From IMG/VR virus record IMGVR_UViG_3300018070_000016, positions 1 to 26,538 of that record: 26,538 bases of DNA; one strand, 5' to 3'. The DNA is from a virus (lineage: Duplodnaviria > Caudoviricetes). Of the stretch, positions 7,075-15,914 are shown in pieces. The position numbers were made by a program, and so were the translations under genes. The notes under the pieces were generated by a model that was not told where the DNA came from, did no database searches, and saw only the letters and a list, made by a program, of their open reading frames with translations. Numbering within the stretch: position 1 is the stretch's first letter; each line of letters starts with the position of its first letter.

Positions 7075-7505
7075 GCGAAGTTAAACAAGTCGCTTTCGCT
7101 AAAGCAGTTTGTCAAGAATGTGGCGTTGAAAGTATCGTAAACTTTACGCTTTTTCTATATGGAAAATTAGCTTGCCCTTCCTGCGGAAAACCTATGAATA
7201 CTATGCTAGATAGAAAACCTCGTAAACATAAGAGTCACGATATGCGCGATACGAGCCTTCTATCATATATTGAAACTCAAGAGACTAGCTTAGGCGAAAT
7301 GCAGAGACTCGTCTATGACGCCATCCGAAATTATCTGACGCCACCAACAGACCGCGAGATCGCGAAAGCTCTTTCACTAACAGATCCTAACGCTGTACGA
7401 CCTAGACGCAATGAGCTTATGGAACAAGGATTTATCGTTGAAGCAGGTAAACGTAAGTGTACAGTAACCGGAAGACTCGCGCTAACTTGGAGAGTGAAGA
7501 AATGA
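7071..7505 (+). CDS. Zn-ribbon plus winged-helix DNA-binding protein
   Basis: CQEC...CPSCG; TDREIAKAL......VRPRRNELMEQGFI...GKRKC..TGR....W. Confidence 0.8.
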   Translation: MSEVKQVAFAKAVCQECGVESIVNFTLFLYGKLACPSCGKPMNTMLDRKPRKHKSHDMRDTSLLSYIETQETSLGEMQRLVYDAIRNYLTPPTDREIAKALSLTDPNAVRPRRNELMEQGFIVEAGKRKCTVTGRLALTWRVKK

Positions 7506-7687
7506 ATAAGCTAAACGAGTGGCAAATGCGAGAGATGCTGGAGCGCCTTCTTCAAACTAGGGAATTTTCTTTCATTGGAAATATGACGGTCGCAGATCTG
7601 CTTAGAGAGCTTGTTCTAATTACCCTCGATAACTTATTTAAACAACTTGATGAGCCTAAAGCGAAAAAGGAGGATGATATAAAGTGA
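7502..7687 (+). CDS. hypothetical protein
   Basis: start at ATG 7502 (ATGA overlap with the upstream stop). Confidence 0.65.
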   Translation: MNKLNEWQMREMLERLLQTREFSFIGNMTVADLLRELVLITLDNLFKQLDEPKAKKEDDIK

Positions 7688-7797
7688 GAGACGATTCGGG
7701 TATTATTGGCGCTCAGATAATAACGCTAGCTGTTGAGATCGCTGTACTTGCTATCGGGCTATGGGCGCTTAAGCTACTCTTGAGGTGTCCAGGATGA
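7684..7797 (+). CDS. 37-aa single-TM peptide (not in the ORF track)
   Basis: MRDDSGIIGAQIITLAVEIAVLAIGLWALKLLLRCPG; GTGA overlap; GGAGG RBS. Confidence 0.65.
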   Translation: MRDDSGIIGAQIITLAVEIAVLAIGLWALKLLLRCPG

Positions 7798-7961
7798 GCA
7801 ACCGTTTAATGACGTATTCTGGATGGCTTCAACAGACTCGCAAAGACCATTCAAGCAAGGCCTACGCTGAATATCAGCAATATGCGATCGCATGGGAACA
7901 GAGACATGGACAAGCAGACACTAGAGCCACAAAAGAGACGAAACCACTAGGAGAGAGGTGA
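7794..7961 (+). CDS. 55-aa hypothetical protein (not in the ORF track)
   Basis: MSNRLMTYSGWLQQTRKDHSSKAYAEYQQYAIAWEQRHG...; ATGA overlap; GAGGTG RBS. Confidence 0.65.
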   Translation: MSNRLMTYSGWLQQTRKDHSSKAYAEYQQYAIAWEQRHGQADTRATKETKPLGER

Positions 7962-7967
7962 GTTAAA

Positions 7968-8102
7968 GTGCAAGTAAGACTAAATCAAGTAGATCTTAGA
8001 AAATGGCGCTGGATAAGATGCGCTCTAAATCGCGTATGGTTTTCTCCACGCGAGTGCGCCGGAGTGATCTATCAAGCGCTCGAGTTAATGGGCTATTTCT
8101 AG
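7968..8102 (+). CDS. 44-aa hypothetical protein (not in the ORF track)
   Basis: GAGGTGA RBS then GTG; MQVRLNQVDLRKWRWIRCALNRVWFSPRECAGVIYQALELMGYF. Confidence 0.55.
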   Translation: MQVRLNQVDLRKWRWIRCALNRVWFSPRECAGVIYQALELMGYF

Positions 8103-8161
8103 CGTGAAGCGTAAACCTTTTAATTACAATGAACAATAGCTTTTCTCGGAGGTGTGTGAGT

Positions 8162-8344
8162 GTGAATAGCTATCTAGCACGCTATACGAGCGATAAGGCT
8201 CACTTAACCGTTGAAGAAATCTTCTCTGTAAAAGACTCGGCAGACGCAATCAAGAAAGCCATAAACTTCATTGCGGATCTTAACGCGACTTGTGCAAATG
8301 ACTTCTGCTTGAAAGCCGTAACATTCAGCTATAGCGTTAAATAA
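8162..8344 (+). CDS. small hypothetical protein, probably with its own promoter
   Basis: GGAGGTG RBS before GTG 8162; AAACCTTTTAATT TATA-like element at about 8113-8125. Confidence 0.65.
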   Translation: MNSYLARYTSDKAHLTVEEIFSVKDSADAIKKAINFIADLNATCANDFCLKAVTFSYSVK

Positions 8345-8356
8345 ATAATAAAACCG

Positions 8357-8420
8357 TTCTAATCTTTCTTTCCCTTTTTCTCTATGATTCTTTTATGGTT
8401 AAACTTGATAGAAAAAAGGG
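8357..8420. terminator. convergent T-tract terminators between the early and late modules
   Basis: pyrimidine/T tract on + (8363-8383) and AAAAAAGGG at about 8412-8421 (T tract on -) between converging genes. Confidence 0.55.
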
Positions 8421-8436
8421 ATGGCGCAGCTATAAC

Positions 8437-8760
8437 CTATTGCATGGTTCTAACGGGTGTAAGAGCTTTTGAGAATGCTTCTGCGATTGCTTTTCGGAAG
8501 CTGCGAATAAAGTCCAAGATTAAGCCTATTCCAACTGCGTATGATGCTGGAAGATTTGCGAAGCCTATGAGAATAATGAGCAATGTCTCCCATAGAAGTA
8601 GAGTTTCAAGTAACTGTGCAGGCTCATAGTTGAGCAATTTTCTTGCTGCAGTTGACGCTGTGAAGTAGCCGAGAACGTTTCTGACGATGCTTATGATTGC
8701 AGCGAACAGTACAGGATTCTGCGCCAATTCTCTAAGCATAGGTAGCCATTCGTCTAACAT
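8437..8760 (-). CDS. holin-like membrane protein
   Basis: 107 aa, 2-3 hydrophobic helices, basic C-terminus, last gene of the tail module. Confidence 0.6.
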   Translation of the reverse strand: MLDEWLPMLRELAQNPVLFAAIISIVRNVLGYFTASTAARKLLNYEPAQLLETLLLWETLLIILIGFANLPASYAVGIGLILDFIRSFRKAIAEAFSKALTPVRTMQ

Positions 8761-8780
8761 TAGCTTTCCTCAAGCGTCCT

Positions 8781-10808
8781 CTATGGTGTTCTTCGCTCTA
8801 AAAGTTTGCGCTTCTTCTCGATGTCGCGGAAGACATAATCCCATAGTACAGGCTCATTTGAAAGCTCAAGCTCAGAATCCCATTGATTCTGTTTAACTCG
8901 ATCAGTAACCTCAACTATTCTGCGAGTGATATCAATTCCTGTGAGCGTTTGAAGGCGCTGCGTGTAGCTTGGATGAAAACGGTAATCACCATCTAGCGTT
9001 ATTCCGCTAGCCTGCTCGAGTGGATTCTTGTTTGAGGCGATCAGTGAAGCTGCACGCGATAGGCACTCAGCGTCCGATTTAAGAGCATCATCCACTATTG
9101 GTTTTCCTTTAAGAATCCCATAGGTTCCTTGGCTTGTCGTGTCCTCTGCGTCTCCTCTAAACTTTAGAGGCGTCAAGGTCAGATAATCCACCGTTGCGTA
9201 GAGCGCTGCGAGCGTTCCAAATTGAATCCATGAGTTGAAGCGTACAAATTTAATGTTATCCCATGCTGCGCTTCCATATCTTTTCCATGTTTTGCCTGTT
9301 CCAGTGTAAGCTTCTCCGAGATCAAGGTCCTGCTCAAGGTTTACGCCATATGCGATGTTTGTGTGTTCGTGTGCGAAATAGTTGCTTGAGTCTGGCGCTT
9401 CTAAGATAACGTCAAACTGATTTGAACCTGAACCTGCTGCAGATAGTAAGATTTGGCAGTAGAGTTTCTCAATCGCGCTTGGCTCGAGTATCTTGTCTCC
9501 GCAGAGATATGGATGTGGAAAGACTGTGCGCTTAAACTGTGCTTCTCTATTAACGTCAACATCACATAGTATGTATCCAGGGTTAGGCGAGTAAAGCGTT
9601 CCTTTGATCGCTGACCAATTCGTGTTGCTGTGAACCCATGCGTCCTTGTTATCTTGAAAAGCTAGTGAACCATAGACGGTTACCTTATTACGCGAGCTAT
9701 TAATATCATCGCCAAAATCAATAGTGAATGGATAGAGCGAGCCGATTCCGCAATCGAAATCTGCGCTGCTTCTTAGATGCCCAATTAGCGCGCCTGATGG
9801 CGTCTCAATAATGTCGAAGCCTTGTACAGAGCTAGGGTTTGAGGCTTTATCGAGTACGTCTTTTATGACGTCTATTGGTAGCTCATCGTCATAGGTTATA
9901 TCATGCGTGCTGTTTATTCTGTCGTCTGTGCTTCCAGAGGACCCGGTATTATCAAACCATTTAGACGCTGTTGGATGCTTATAGACGTAATTGCATTTTG
10001 AGATCGCTTCCTCAATTATGGTTCTTCCATTGACCGCACTATATACTTTCTTTATAAGAGGCTTATCTGAATTGGCGCAAGGAACGATAGTTAGCTCTCT
10101 CGCGTGACCCATACACTCAAGTTTAACATACCACTTTCGTGACTCTCTCTCAACGTAGCTGCGCTGGATTATGCGACCTCCAAATCTCTTGTATTCAGGG
10201 TGCCCAAGATTTGTACTGTCTCTAGCAACCCATATGATAATGGCGTCTTGAGGCTTGAATAACGCGCTATAAGTGTTTGCAGCGTTATTAAGCCAAACTA
10301 GAGCGCCATTTACTCCTTTTGAGAGAACAGGACGATTAATGGTTAGCTCTTTCGCAAGATATTGCGTATCAATCGAATGATAGGCATATTTTGAGATCGC
10401 CACATAGTCAAACCACGCCTCTGCTCCTGGTGATCCAAAAGCCTGCAAGACAATATAGTCTATGGTGCCGTCGTAGGTATTTCTCATATCAATACTGTTT
10501 ACGCCAAGAGATAATGTTCCGAGGCTTAACCATGCAGAAGTATCTTTTCTTCGTATCCACGCCTTTGCGCTCAATAATCCACTGGTAAGTCTATAGTTGA
10601 AATAAGGGTAAAAAATCGTTGAAACTTCAAAAGGGCGATTCAAATTCTGTGTTGTCTGTCCTGCTTGAACGGTAAGCTGTACTATGTCGCCATCCCAGAC
10701 GACACCATCACTAGGCGCTCCCTCCCAAATCCTAAGAAAATGATCGTCAAAAAGTTGTGTCTCACGAAATATCTCAATGCGAACCTTAGGAACTGAGATA
10801 CTACTCAA
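8781..10808 (-). CDS. tail tip/baseplate hub protein with inserted beta-rich domain(s)
   Basis: follows the tape measure; hub-like motifs (FGGRI, LECMG, RNKVTVYG, EDTTSQGTYG...D). Confidence 0.7.
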   Translation of the reverse strand: MSSISVPKVRIEIFRETQLFDDHFLRIWEGAPSDGVVWDGDIVQLTVQAGQTTQNLNRPFEVSTIFYPYFNYRLTSGLLSAKAWIRRKDTSAWLSLGTLSLGVNSIDMRNTYDGTIDYIVLQAFGSPGAEAWFDYVAISKYAYHSIDTQYLAKELTINRPVLSKGVNGALVWLNNAANTYSALFKPQDAIIIWVARDSTNLGHPEYKRFGGRIIQRSYVERESRKWYVKLECMGHARELTIVPCANSDKPLIKKVYSAVNGRTIIEEAISKCNYVYKHPTASKWFDNTGSSGSTDDRINSTHDITYDDELPIDVIKDVLDKASNPSSVQGFDIIETPSGALIGHLRSSADFDCGIGSLYPFTIDFGDDINSSRNKVTVYGSLAFQDNKDAWVHSNTNWSAIKGTLYSPNPGYILCDVDVNREAQFKRTVFPHPYLCGDKILEPSAIEKLYCQILLSAAGSGSNQFDVILEAPDSSNYFAHEHTNIAYGVNLEQDLDLGEAYTGTGKTWKRYGSAAWDNIKFVRFNSWIQFGTLAALYATVDYLTLTPLKFRGDAEDTTSQGTYGILKGKPIVDDALKSDAECLSRAASLIASNKNPLEQASGITLDGDYRFHPSYTQRLQTLTGIDITRRIVEVTDRVKQNQWDSELELSNEPVLWDYVFRDIEKKRKLLERRTP

Positions 10809-12048
10809 TTATCCCTTCTCTCCTAAGCGTCCGTATAATCTCCTCACTGGTCGCCTTTGGGCTTGAGGTCTCATAAACGTTAACCGTAACCGTATTGCTG
10901 CGAGTTGTCATTTGACTAAGCGGTATAACTGCTTCTGCTTCGCGCTCACCGATCATTGCCAAAGTTTCTTTGTACGCTATTCCTCCTGTAGCCATTGGAA
11001 TTGGGAGCAAGGGCAGAATGTTAAGGTAGTTTAGGTTTCGCTCAGTGAAAGGCGCAATAATTGTCTCAGCAACTTTGCTTAATGGAATAACTGCTTCTGG
11101 CTCTTTTTCTCCGATAAGCGCAAGAGTTGGAGACATCGCTATGCCTCCTTTTGAGAATGGACTATACTTTCCGACAACGTAGATTCCAGCTACTGCGCCG
11201 GCTGCAGCAAGCATTATTGGAACAGACAAGCCCATTGAAGCAATGGCGTTAGCTACGAAGTGTGCTGCAGCCCTAGCCCATTCAACGATTGTTAATGCTG
11301 CGCTCGCGACTTTCTGAGCTACCATTGAAGCTACATGTGCAGCGCCAGCAGCTACAGATCCAAAGAGTGCTGCGATAGTAACGTATAGAGCGTTTGATCG
11401 TATGCCCTCTGCAATAGCATGCGCCTTGGCGCCAATAGTCTGCGCGACCATAGACGCGAAGTGACTGACACCCGCAGCAATCGTTCCAACTAGACTTTTA
11501 GTGGCAAAGATTAAGGATGAGCTTCTAATGTATTCTGCTGCAGCGTGCGCTTTCGCAGAGATCGCTTGAGCGCCCATGGAAGCTGTATGCGTAATCTCAG
11601 CGCCTATAACTGACTGTGTGGCATTCATTGAAAAGTAGAGTTGTGTTCCTCTTATTCTCTCAGCTACGGTATGAGCGCCTGATGCTATGGTTTCACCGGT
11701 GACTGACGCAGCATGCGCGATAGATTTGCCGATCTGAATATCCGTAATGTCTGAGAGACGCGCTATAGTGCCGACAAGATGAAGAACGTTTGTTGAAAGA
11801 TATAGTGTAGCATCAGATAGATCCATTTTGCCGGAAGCTAGATTCTCAATATTACGTTTCAAGCTTAGGGCGGTCATTCCAAGACCTGCCATGCTGTACG
11901 TCAACATTCGCGTGCTAGCTTCAGAACGTTTCGAGCTTGTCTCAATCTTGTTTCCCATTTCTTCTCCTGCAGCGCCAATATCACGCATACTAGAAATAAC
12001 GGCGCCTGAGTTTTCGATCTCAAACACGAAAGGAATAGAAATGCTCAT
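10801..12048 (-). CDS. tail tape measure protein (short)
   Basis: follows the chaperone pair; Ala-rich helical repeats; C-terminal GG....T.A.IGE...EAVIPL motif present twice. Confidence 0.85.
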   Translation of the reverse strand: MSISIPFVFEIENSGAVISSMRDIGAAGEEMGNKIETSSKRSEASTRMLTYSMAGLGMTALSLKRNIENLASGKMDLSDATLYLSTNVLHLVGTIARLSDITDIQIGKSIAHAASVTGETIASGAHTVAERIRGTQLYFSMNATQSVIGAEITHTASMGAQAISAKAHAAAEYIRSSSLIFATKSLVGTIAAGVSHFASMVAQTIGAKAHAIAEGIRSNALYVTIAALFGSVAAGAAHVASMVAQKVASAALTIVEWARAAAHFVANAIASMGLSVPIMLAAAGAVAGIYVVGKYSPFSKGGIAMSPTLALIGEKEPEAVIPLSKVAETIIAPFTERNLNYLNILPLLPIPMATGGIAYKETLAMIGEREAEAVIPLSQMTTRSNTVTVNVYETSSPKATSEEIIRTLRREGIIE

Positions 12049-12320
12049 CCAAATACCTCTTTTATTCTCTGCGGTAGAACCGCGTTCATTGCTTTACTGT
12101 ACTCAGAAATCCTTTTAACCTCTTCCCTACTCATCTGAGGCTTGCCTTCCAATTCGCCTCTAGCCTCAATTAAGAGCGCGTAGTCTATCTCAAAGCATGT
12201 TCGCGCGTCAAAAGGAAGCTTTAAGATCTCACTCGGTAGCTTCTTTAGAATTAGTGCTAGCTGCGCTGCCTGTTTTATCGTCGGGCTTCTTTGGCTTACG
12301 AAACCAGTCTGCTTTGTCAA
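12045..12320 (-). CDS. tail assembly chaperone, frameshifted C-terminal extension (GT-like)
   Basis: overlaps the upstream chaperone by 92 nt in the +1 frame; no clear RBS of its own. Confidence 0.75.
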   Translation of the reverse strand: MTKQTGFVSQRSPTIKQAAQLALILKKLPSEILKLPFDARTCFEIDYALLIEARGELEGKPQMSREEVKRISEYSKAMNAVLPQRIKEVFG

Positions 12321-12573
12321 ACGCTTCTTTTGTGGCGTCTTGAGCTAAACTATAGAGAGCATACCAATCTTCGGGTTTAGGTTCGGGTGTAACACATGCT
12401 TTGAAGAATGCTGGAAAGAGCTTACTAAGATCATTTGAGAATGCTAGTGCCTCATCTGTCGTCATTTCTTTGCCCTGTAGCTGTAGAAGCTGAGAAATTT
12501 TGACGTTTAGAGGCGTAGCGTAAGCCTCAATCGATCTTATTTCATATACTTGGCCGTTAAGCGTTTTAATCAA
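12229..12573 (-). CDS. tail assembly chaperone (G-like)
   Basis: lies between tail tube and tape measure; AGGTG RBS. Confidence 0.8.
   Translation of the reverse strand: MIKTLNGQVYEIRSIEAYATPLNVKISQLLQLQGKEMTTDEALAFSNDLSKLFPAFFKACVTPEPKPEDWYALYSLAQDATKEAFDKADWFRKPKKPDDKTGSAASTNSKEATE
12298..12303 (-). promoter_or_regulatory. putative +1 programmed frameshift site TTT-CGT
   Basis: in-frame TGG TTT CGT in the chaperone; a UUU to UUC slip enters the 12045..12320 frame (…ADWF-VSQRSP…). Confidence 0.7.
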
Positions 12574-12582
12574 TAGCTACAC

Positions 12583-13548
12583 CTATGGGCCATAGAGCGC
12601 AATGCTATCCTGGAGCGTAACCTTAGCCTCTGCGTTGAAGCCTCCGGTTGTGTCGTAGAAGGCTTGGAACGGAAACTCTATGACAAGAGGCTCTTTCAAA
12701 GGTTTGTTCTCTGGCGCTGCGTCCTTGAGTATTATGCATTTGCGAAGCTCAAACTCAAGATAGTATGGTTGAGGATCAACCACAAAGTTAGTGTGAATTA
12801 TTTTGCCTTTGAGCGTGAAGCTTGTTGGAGGATTCGCGATCATCTTGTCGTATATGTCGAAGGTGTCAAAGTACATCTTTATTATGCCTGAAACTTCTCT
12901 GTCGCCTATTCTCTTTGTAATCATTTCTCTGCTATCAAGCGCTCGCTTGTCTTTCGGAATGTTGTTTTTGATGGTAAACTCGACGCCATAGACTACGCTT
13001 GCCAAGTCTGCTGCGTCAATAAACATGGTTGTCGTATGTGCTTGTGGAGAAAACTGTTGATGTATGGTAAATGTTGGTGTCTCAAGAGTCTCTTTTGTCT
13101 CCGCGCTTCCTGAGAAGAAGTCTGCTTCAACCTCAAGTGGCTTATCGTTTGCTAGGCGAATAGTGAGAGCGTCAACGAAGCCTCCTTTAATCTTGCGCTC
13201 ATTTACTCCTGCGCCCAAGTGAAGCGTATAAGACTTGATTGTATCGGCCGGAGCGAAAAGATGTCTATAGACTAGAGCTATTGGGTTTGTAACCGTTTCA
13301 CCGCCAAGAACACCATACAATAGATCTCCCAAAATGTCGCATGGCGCAGCTTTGTATGGACCTATTTTGCCTCCAATGTTTAGCTGCCCTATTTGCCACA
13401 TTTTGAAAGCGCGCTCAGTCATTGGTTCCTGTTTGACGATCCCTTGATCGTGTCCAATATTTGCGCCCGCTTCTGCCCATCTTGCTGACGCAACGCCTGT
13501 TCTATAAGTGGTTTCTCTCCCTAGTCCAACATATCTTGTCGCGACCAT
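12583..13548 (-). CDS. major tail tube protein
   Basis: YVGLGRETTY N-terminus, Y.H.F, SYTL, FTIKNN, REVSG...YF; position in the module. Confidence 0.85.
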   Translation of the reverse strand: MVATRYVGLGRETTYRTGVASARWAEAGANIGHDQGIVKQEPMTERAFKMWQIGQLNIGGKIGPYKAAPCDILGDLLYGVLGGETVTNPIALVYRHLFAPADTIKSYTLHLGAGVNERKIKGGFVDALTIRLANDKPLEVEADFFSGSAETKETLETPTFTIHQQFSPQAHTTTMFIDAADLASVVYGVEFTIKNNIPKDKRALDSREMITKRIGDREVSGIIKMYFDTFDIYDKMIANPPTSFTLKGKIIHTNFVVDPQPYYLEFELRKCIILKDAAPENKPLKEPLVIEFPFQAFYDTTGGFNAEAKVTLQDSIALYGP

Positions 13549-13977
13549 TCAATCCATTCTCCTAGTTGAAATTGTTACTTTGACGTAACAGAGGCTATTC
13601 TCTTTCTCAAAGAGTTTAAGCTTTTCCCTACGCGAAACCTCAGCATGCTCAACGGTTCCTCCAATAGTCTCATCTTCACGTAGCGCGTCATGGATCGCCT
13701 CAGCTAAACTTAATACGCTATCCTCAGCTTTCTCAGCATCATAGTTTTTGTCGCAGACTACGATCACGAAAATATCTCTAATCTGTTGACTCGTTGTGAA
13801 AGGTGATTCAGCGTCTCCAAGTAAAGCCTCAACCCATCCGAAAGGAAAAGACGGATACTTCGTCCGATGAGGTTCAGCTTTCAACCATTTTGTGACCGCT
13901 ATTTGATTTAGGTTCTGGATAGTCTTTTTCTCAAGAAAAGCTATTAGTGCATCTCGAATCTCGCTCGCGTCAGTCAA
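13549..13977 (-). CDS. tail terminator/completion protein
   Basis: 142 aa directly upstream of the tail tube; I.DALR.D.TIGG.V motif. Confidence 0.7.
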   Translation of the reverse strand: MTDASEIRDALIAFLEKKTIQNLNQIAVTKWLKAEPHRTKYPSFPFGWVEALLGDAESPFTTSQQIRDIFVIVVCDKNYDAEKAEDSVLSLAEAIHDALREDETIGGTVEHAEVSRREKLKLFEKENSLCYVKVTISTRRMD

Positions 13978-14429
13978 CGCATATCCTCTCCAATTTCCTC
14001 TTTAGCTATAAGTCTCAGGATCTCCCTCAAAACACTTCGCATTGCGTCTCGAGTACGCTCAATAAAATGCTGTCCAGTAGTACCTGGATGCTGAACTTTC
14101 TTCGCGAAACGTGGTATTCCAAAAGGATCTTGCTCCCATCGGAGCGCGAGCGCATACCTCGGAATAATTAAGTGTGGTCTAGTGTCCTCATTGACAAACT
14201 TCGCATAAGTTACCGTTGGATAGACGCTGAAACCTTGTGAAGTCTCATGGACTATTGTACTTTCAACAAGTTGCCCTGTCTTTCCAATAGGCATAATCGC
14301 TCGCATATACGTTAATGTTTCTCGGCCACCTTCAGCTTTAAACCTATCAAGAATCCGATCCTGCGTCTCCGGCTGCTTAACTACGAAGGCTTCAAGCTTC
14401 TGTATATTAGCGCGTACAGTTACTCTCAA
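13974..14429 (-). CDS. HK97 gp10-like neck/tail completion protein
   Basis: P..TG.L..S, YAKFVNE.TRPH.I.P, V.HPGT....F..R motifs. Confidence 0.8.
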   Translation of the reverse strand: MRVTVRANIQKLEAFVVKQPETQDRILDRFKAEGGRETLTYMRAIMPIGKTGQLVESTIVHETSQGFSVYPTVTYAKFVNEDTRPHLIIPRYALALRWEQDPFGIPRFAKKVQHPGTTGQHFIERTRDAMRSVLREILRLIAKEEIGEDMR

Positions 14430-14749
14430 ACTCCATCGTCTCTAAACTCGATCTCAAAAGCGTTTGGCCTCGCAGGAAAAGTCTGTTTCTTCGTGTCGCT
14501 GTATGTAATCTCAAACTCGCCTTGGCAGACACCAATATAATTCGTGTCTCCAGATGCCCATTCATAGGTTACGATTCCATTGTCTATGTCTATGATCGTG
14601 GCTGTCTTGTCAACTACTCGGACGCCTTCTTTGCTTAAATGAAATTTTGCAGAAGCGCCGGTTAGCGGAGGGATTGTATCATCTGTAAAGCGTAATGAAG
14701 CTCTTATGGAAGGCTTCAAGTTTCCTTGAACCATAAAGATCTTAACCAA
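14426..14749 (-). CDS. BppU-N-like Ig-fold structural protein
   Basis: QG...P......LTGA...F ... G.VTYEW..GDT...G...GEFEITY.D...TFP. Confidence 0.75.
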   Translation of the reverse strand: MVKIFMVQGNLKPSIRASLRFTDDTIPPLTGASAKFHLSKEGVRVVDKTATIIDIDNGIVTYEWASGDTNYIGVCQGEFEITYSDTKKQTFPARPNAFEIEFRDDGV

Positions 14750-15899
14750 GAAGTATCACGCTTCCGCTTGGGCCGATAATCGTTATTATTCCTGAATCTC
14801 CATATAAGGTTACTGCGATCCCTGAGATGTCAACTCCTATGAGAAATGCTGTGCCGTTAATTGTTTTTGTGGTCATGGCCTCTTTTAGTTCAGCGTTTCC
14901 TGAGAGCGTCTTCGTGACGTCTGTAAGTATTAGCCGAGCGTTACCATTGAGAGTCTTTAAGATCGAACCAACAAGGCGTGCGTCTCCGCTAATATTCTTG
15001 CTCGAGGCGATAGTTATTGAGGCGTTTCCGTTTCTAGTTACTGTGGACGTAGTTTTTAGGCGAGCATTCCCATTCAGAGTCTTCGACTGAACCGCCTTAA
15101 CGTAAGCATTCCCAGCAACCGACTTGGTTGTACCCGGAATCGTTATTGTAGCATTTCCATTGAGAGTCTTTGACGTTGTGGTTTTGAGTCTAGCGTTACC
15201 TGAAACGGTTTTGGTTGATGTAATAAGACCGCTAAAAATCTCTGCGTTTCCATTAATCGTCTTTGTTGAAGTGGTTTTCAGTTGCGCGTTAGCATTTATA
15301 CTCTTTTGGCTAGCGAGTAGAAGCGCTGCGTTTCCATTAATGGTCTTGCTCTCTGTGGTCTTGATTCGTGCGTTTGCGTTGACGCTTGACTGTCGAAGCG
15401 CTTTAATCCACGATGAGCCATTGAGCGTCTTGATTATCTGTTGGATTGTGGCGTTTCCGCTTCGCGTTACGGAGACCGTGTTCTTGAGAGTCGCGTTTCC
15501 ATTTAAAGTCTTTGAGACTGTGGCTTTAACATGAGCGCTTCCATTACGCGTAATTGTCTGCGTAGTTTTAATAGTGGCGTTTCCGCTTCGCGTCTTTGTG
15601 GTTTCAGTGATCGAGATGTCGAGACGTTTGCCGCCAGTTGGAGGAGACGTAGATAGTCCGGTTATAGTTGTTATCTGCGTGTGACCTAGCGCTGTGACTC
15701 TAATCTCATTATCAGCAGCATAATCTGTGGTGTACTTAGTTTTGTCTCCAAGATCTATAAAGTATTGGCCAACAGAATTTGTGGGTGCGGCAAACTCTTG
15801 ACTGTTCGTGTGGTTACGGATAGTGACGCTTGTTGCTGACTGAGCGACTCCGTTCTTGGTGATTACACCATAAATTATGTACGGATTCTGCTCAGTCAT
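14742..15899 (-). CDS. fibre/spike protein with about 18 tandem ~14-aa repeats
   Basis: repeat consensus (T/S)KT(L/I)NGNA(R/T)(L/I)KTTx after an N-terminal beta-sandwich-like domain. Confidence 0.8.
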   Translation of the reverse strand: MTEQNPYIIYGVITKNGVAQSATSVTIRNHTNSQEFAAPTNSVGQYFIDLGDKTKYTTDYAADNEIRVTALGHTQITTITGLSTSPPTGGKRLDISITETTKTRSGNATIKTTQTITRNGSAHVKATVSKTLNGNATLKNTVSVTRSGNATIQQIIKTLNGSSWIKALRQSSVNANARIKTTESKTINGNAALLLASQKSINANAQLKTTSTKTINGNAEIFSGLITSTKTVSGNARLKTTTSKTLNGNATITIPGTTKSVAGNAYVKAVQSKTLNGNARLKTTSTVTRNGNASITIASSKNISGDARLVGSILKTLNGNARLILTDVTKTLSGNAELKEAMTTKTINGTAFLIGVDISGIAVTLYGDSGIITIIGPSGSVILLG

Positions 15900-15914
15900 G
15901 GTTTACCCTAGCTG

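Noticed and set aside
14835-15600. Recurring GCGTTTCC-type DNA repeats resembling a CRISPR or mini-array
   Set aside because: They are the degenerate codons of the in-frame 14-aa protein repeat; there is no constant repeat with unique spacers
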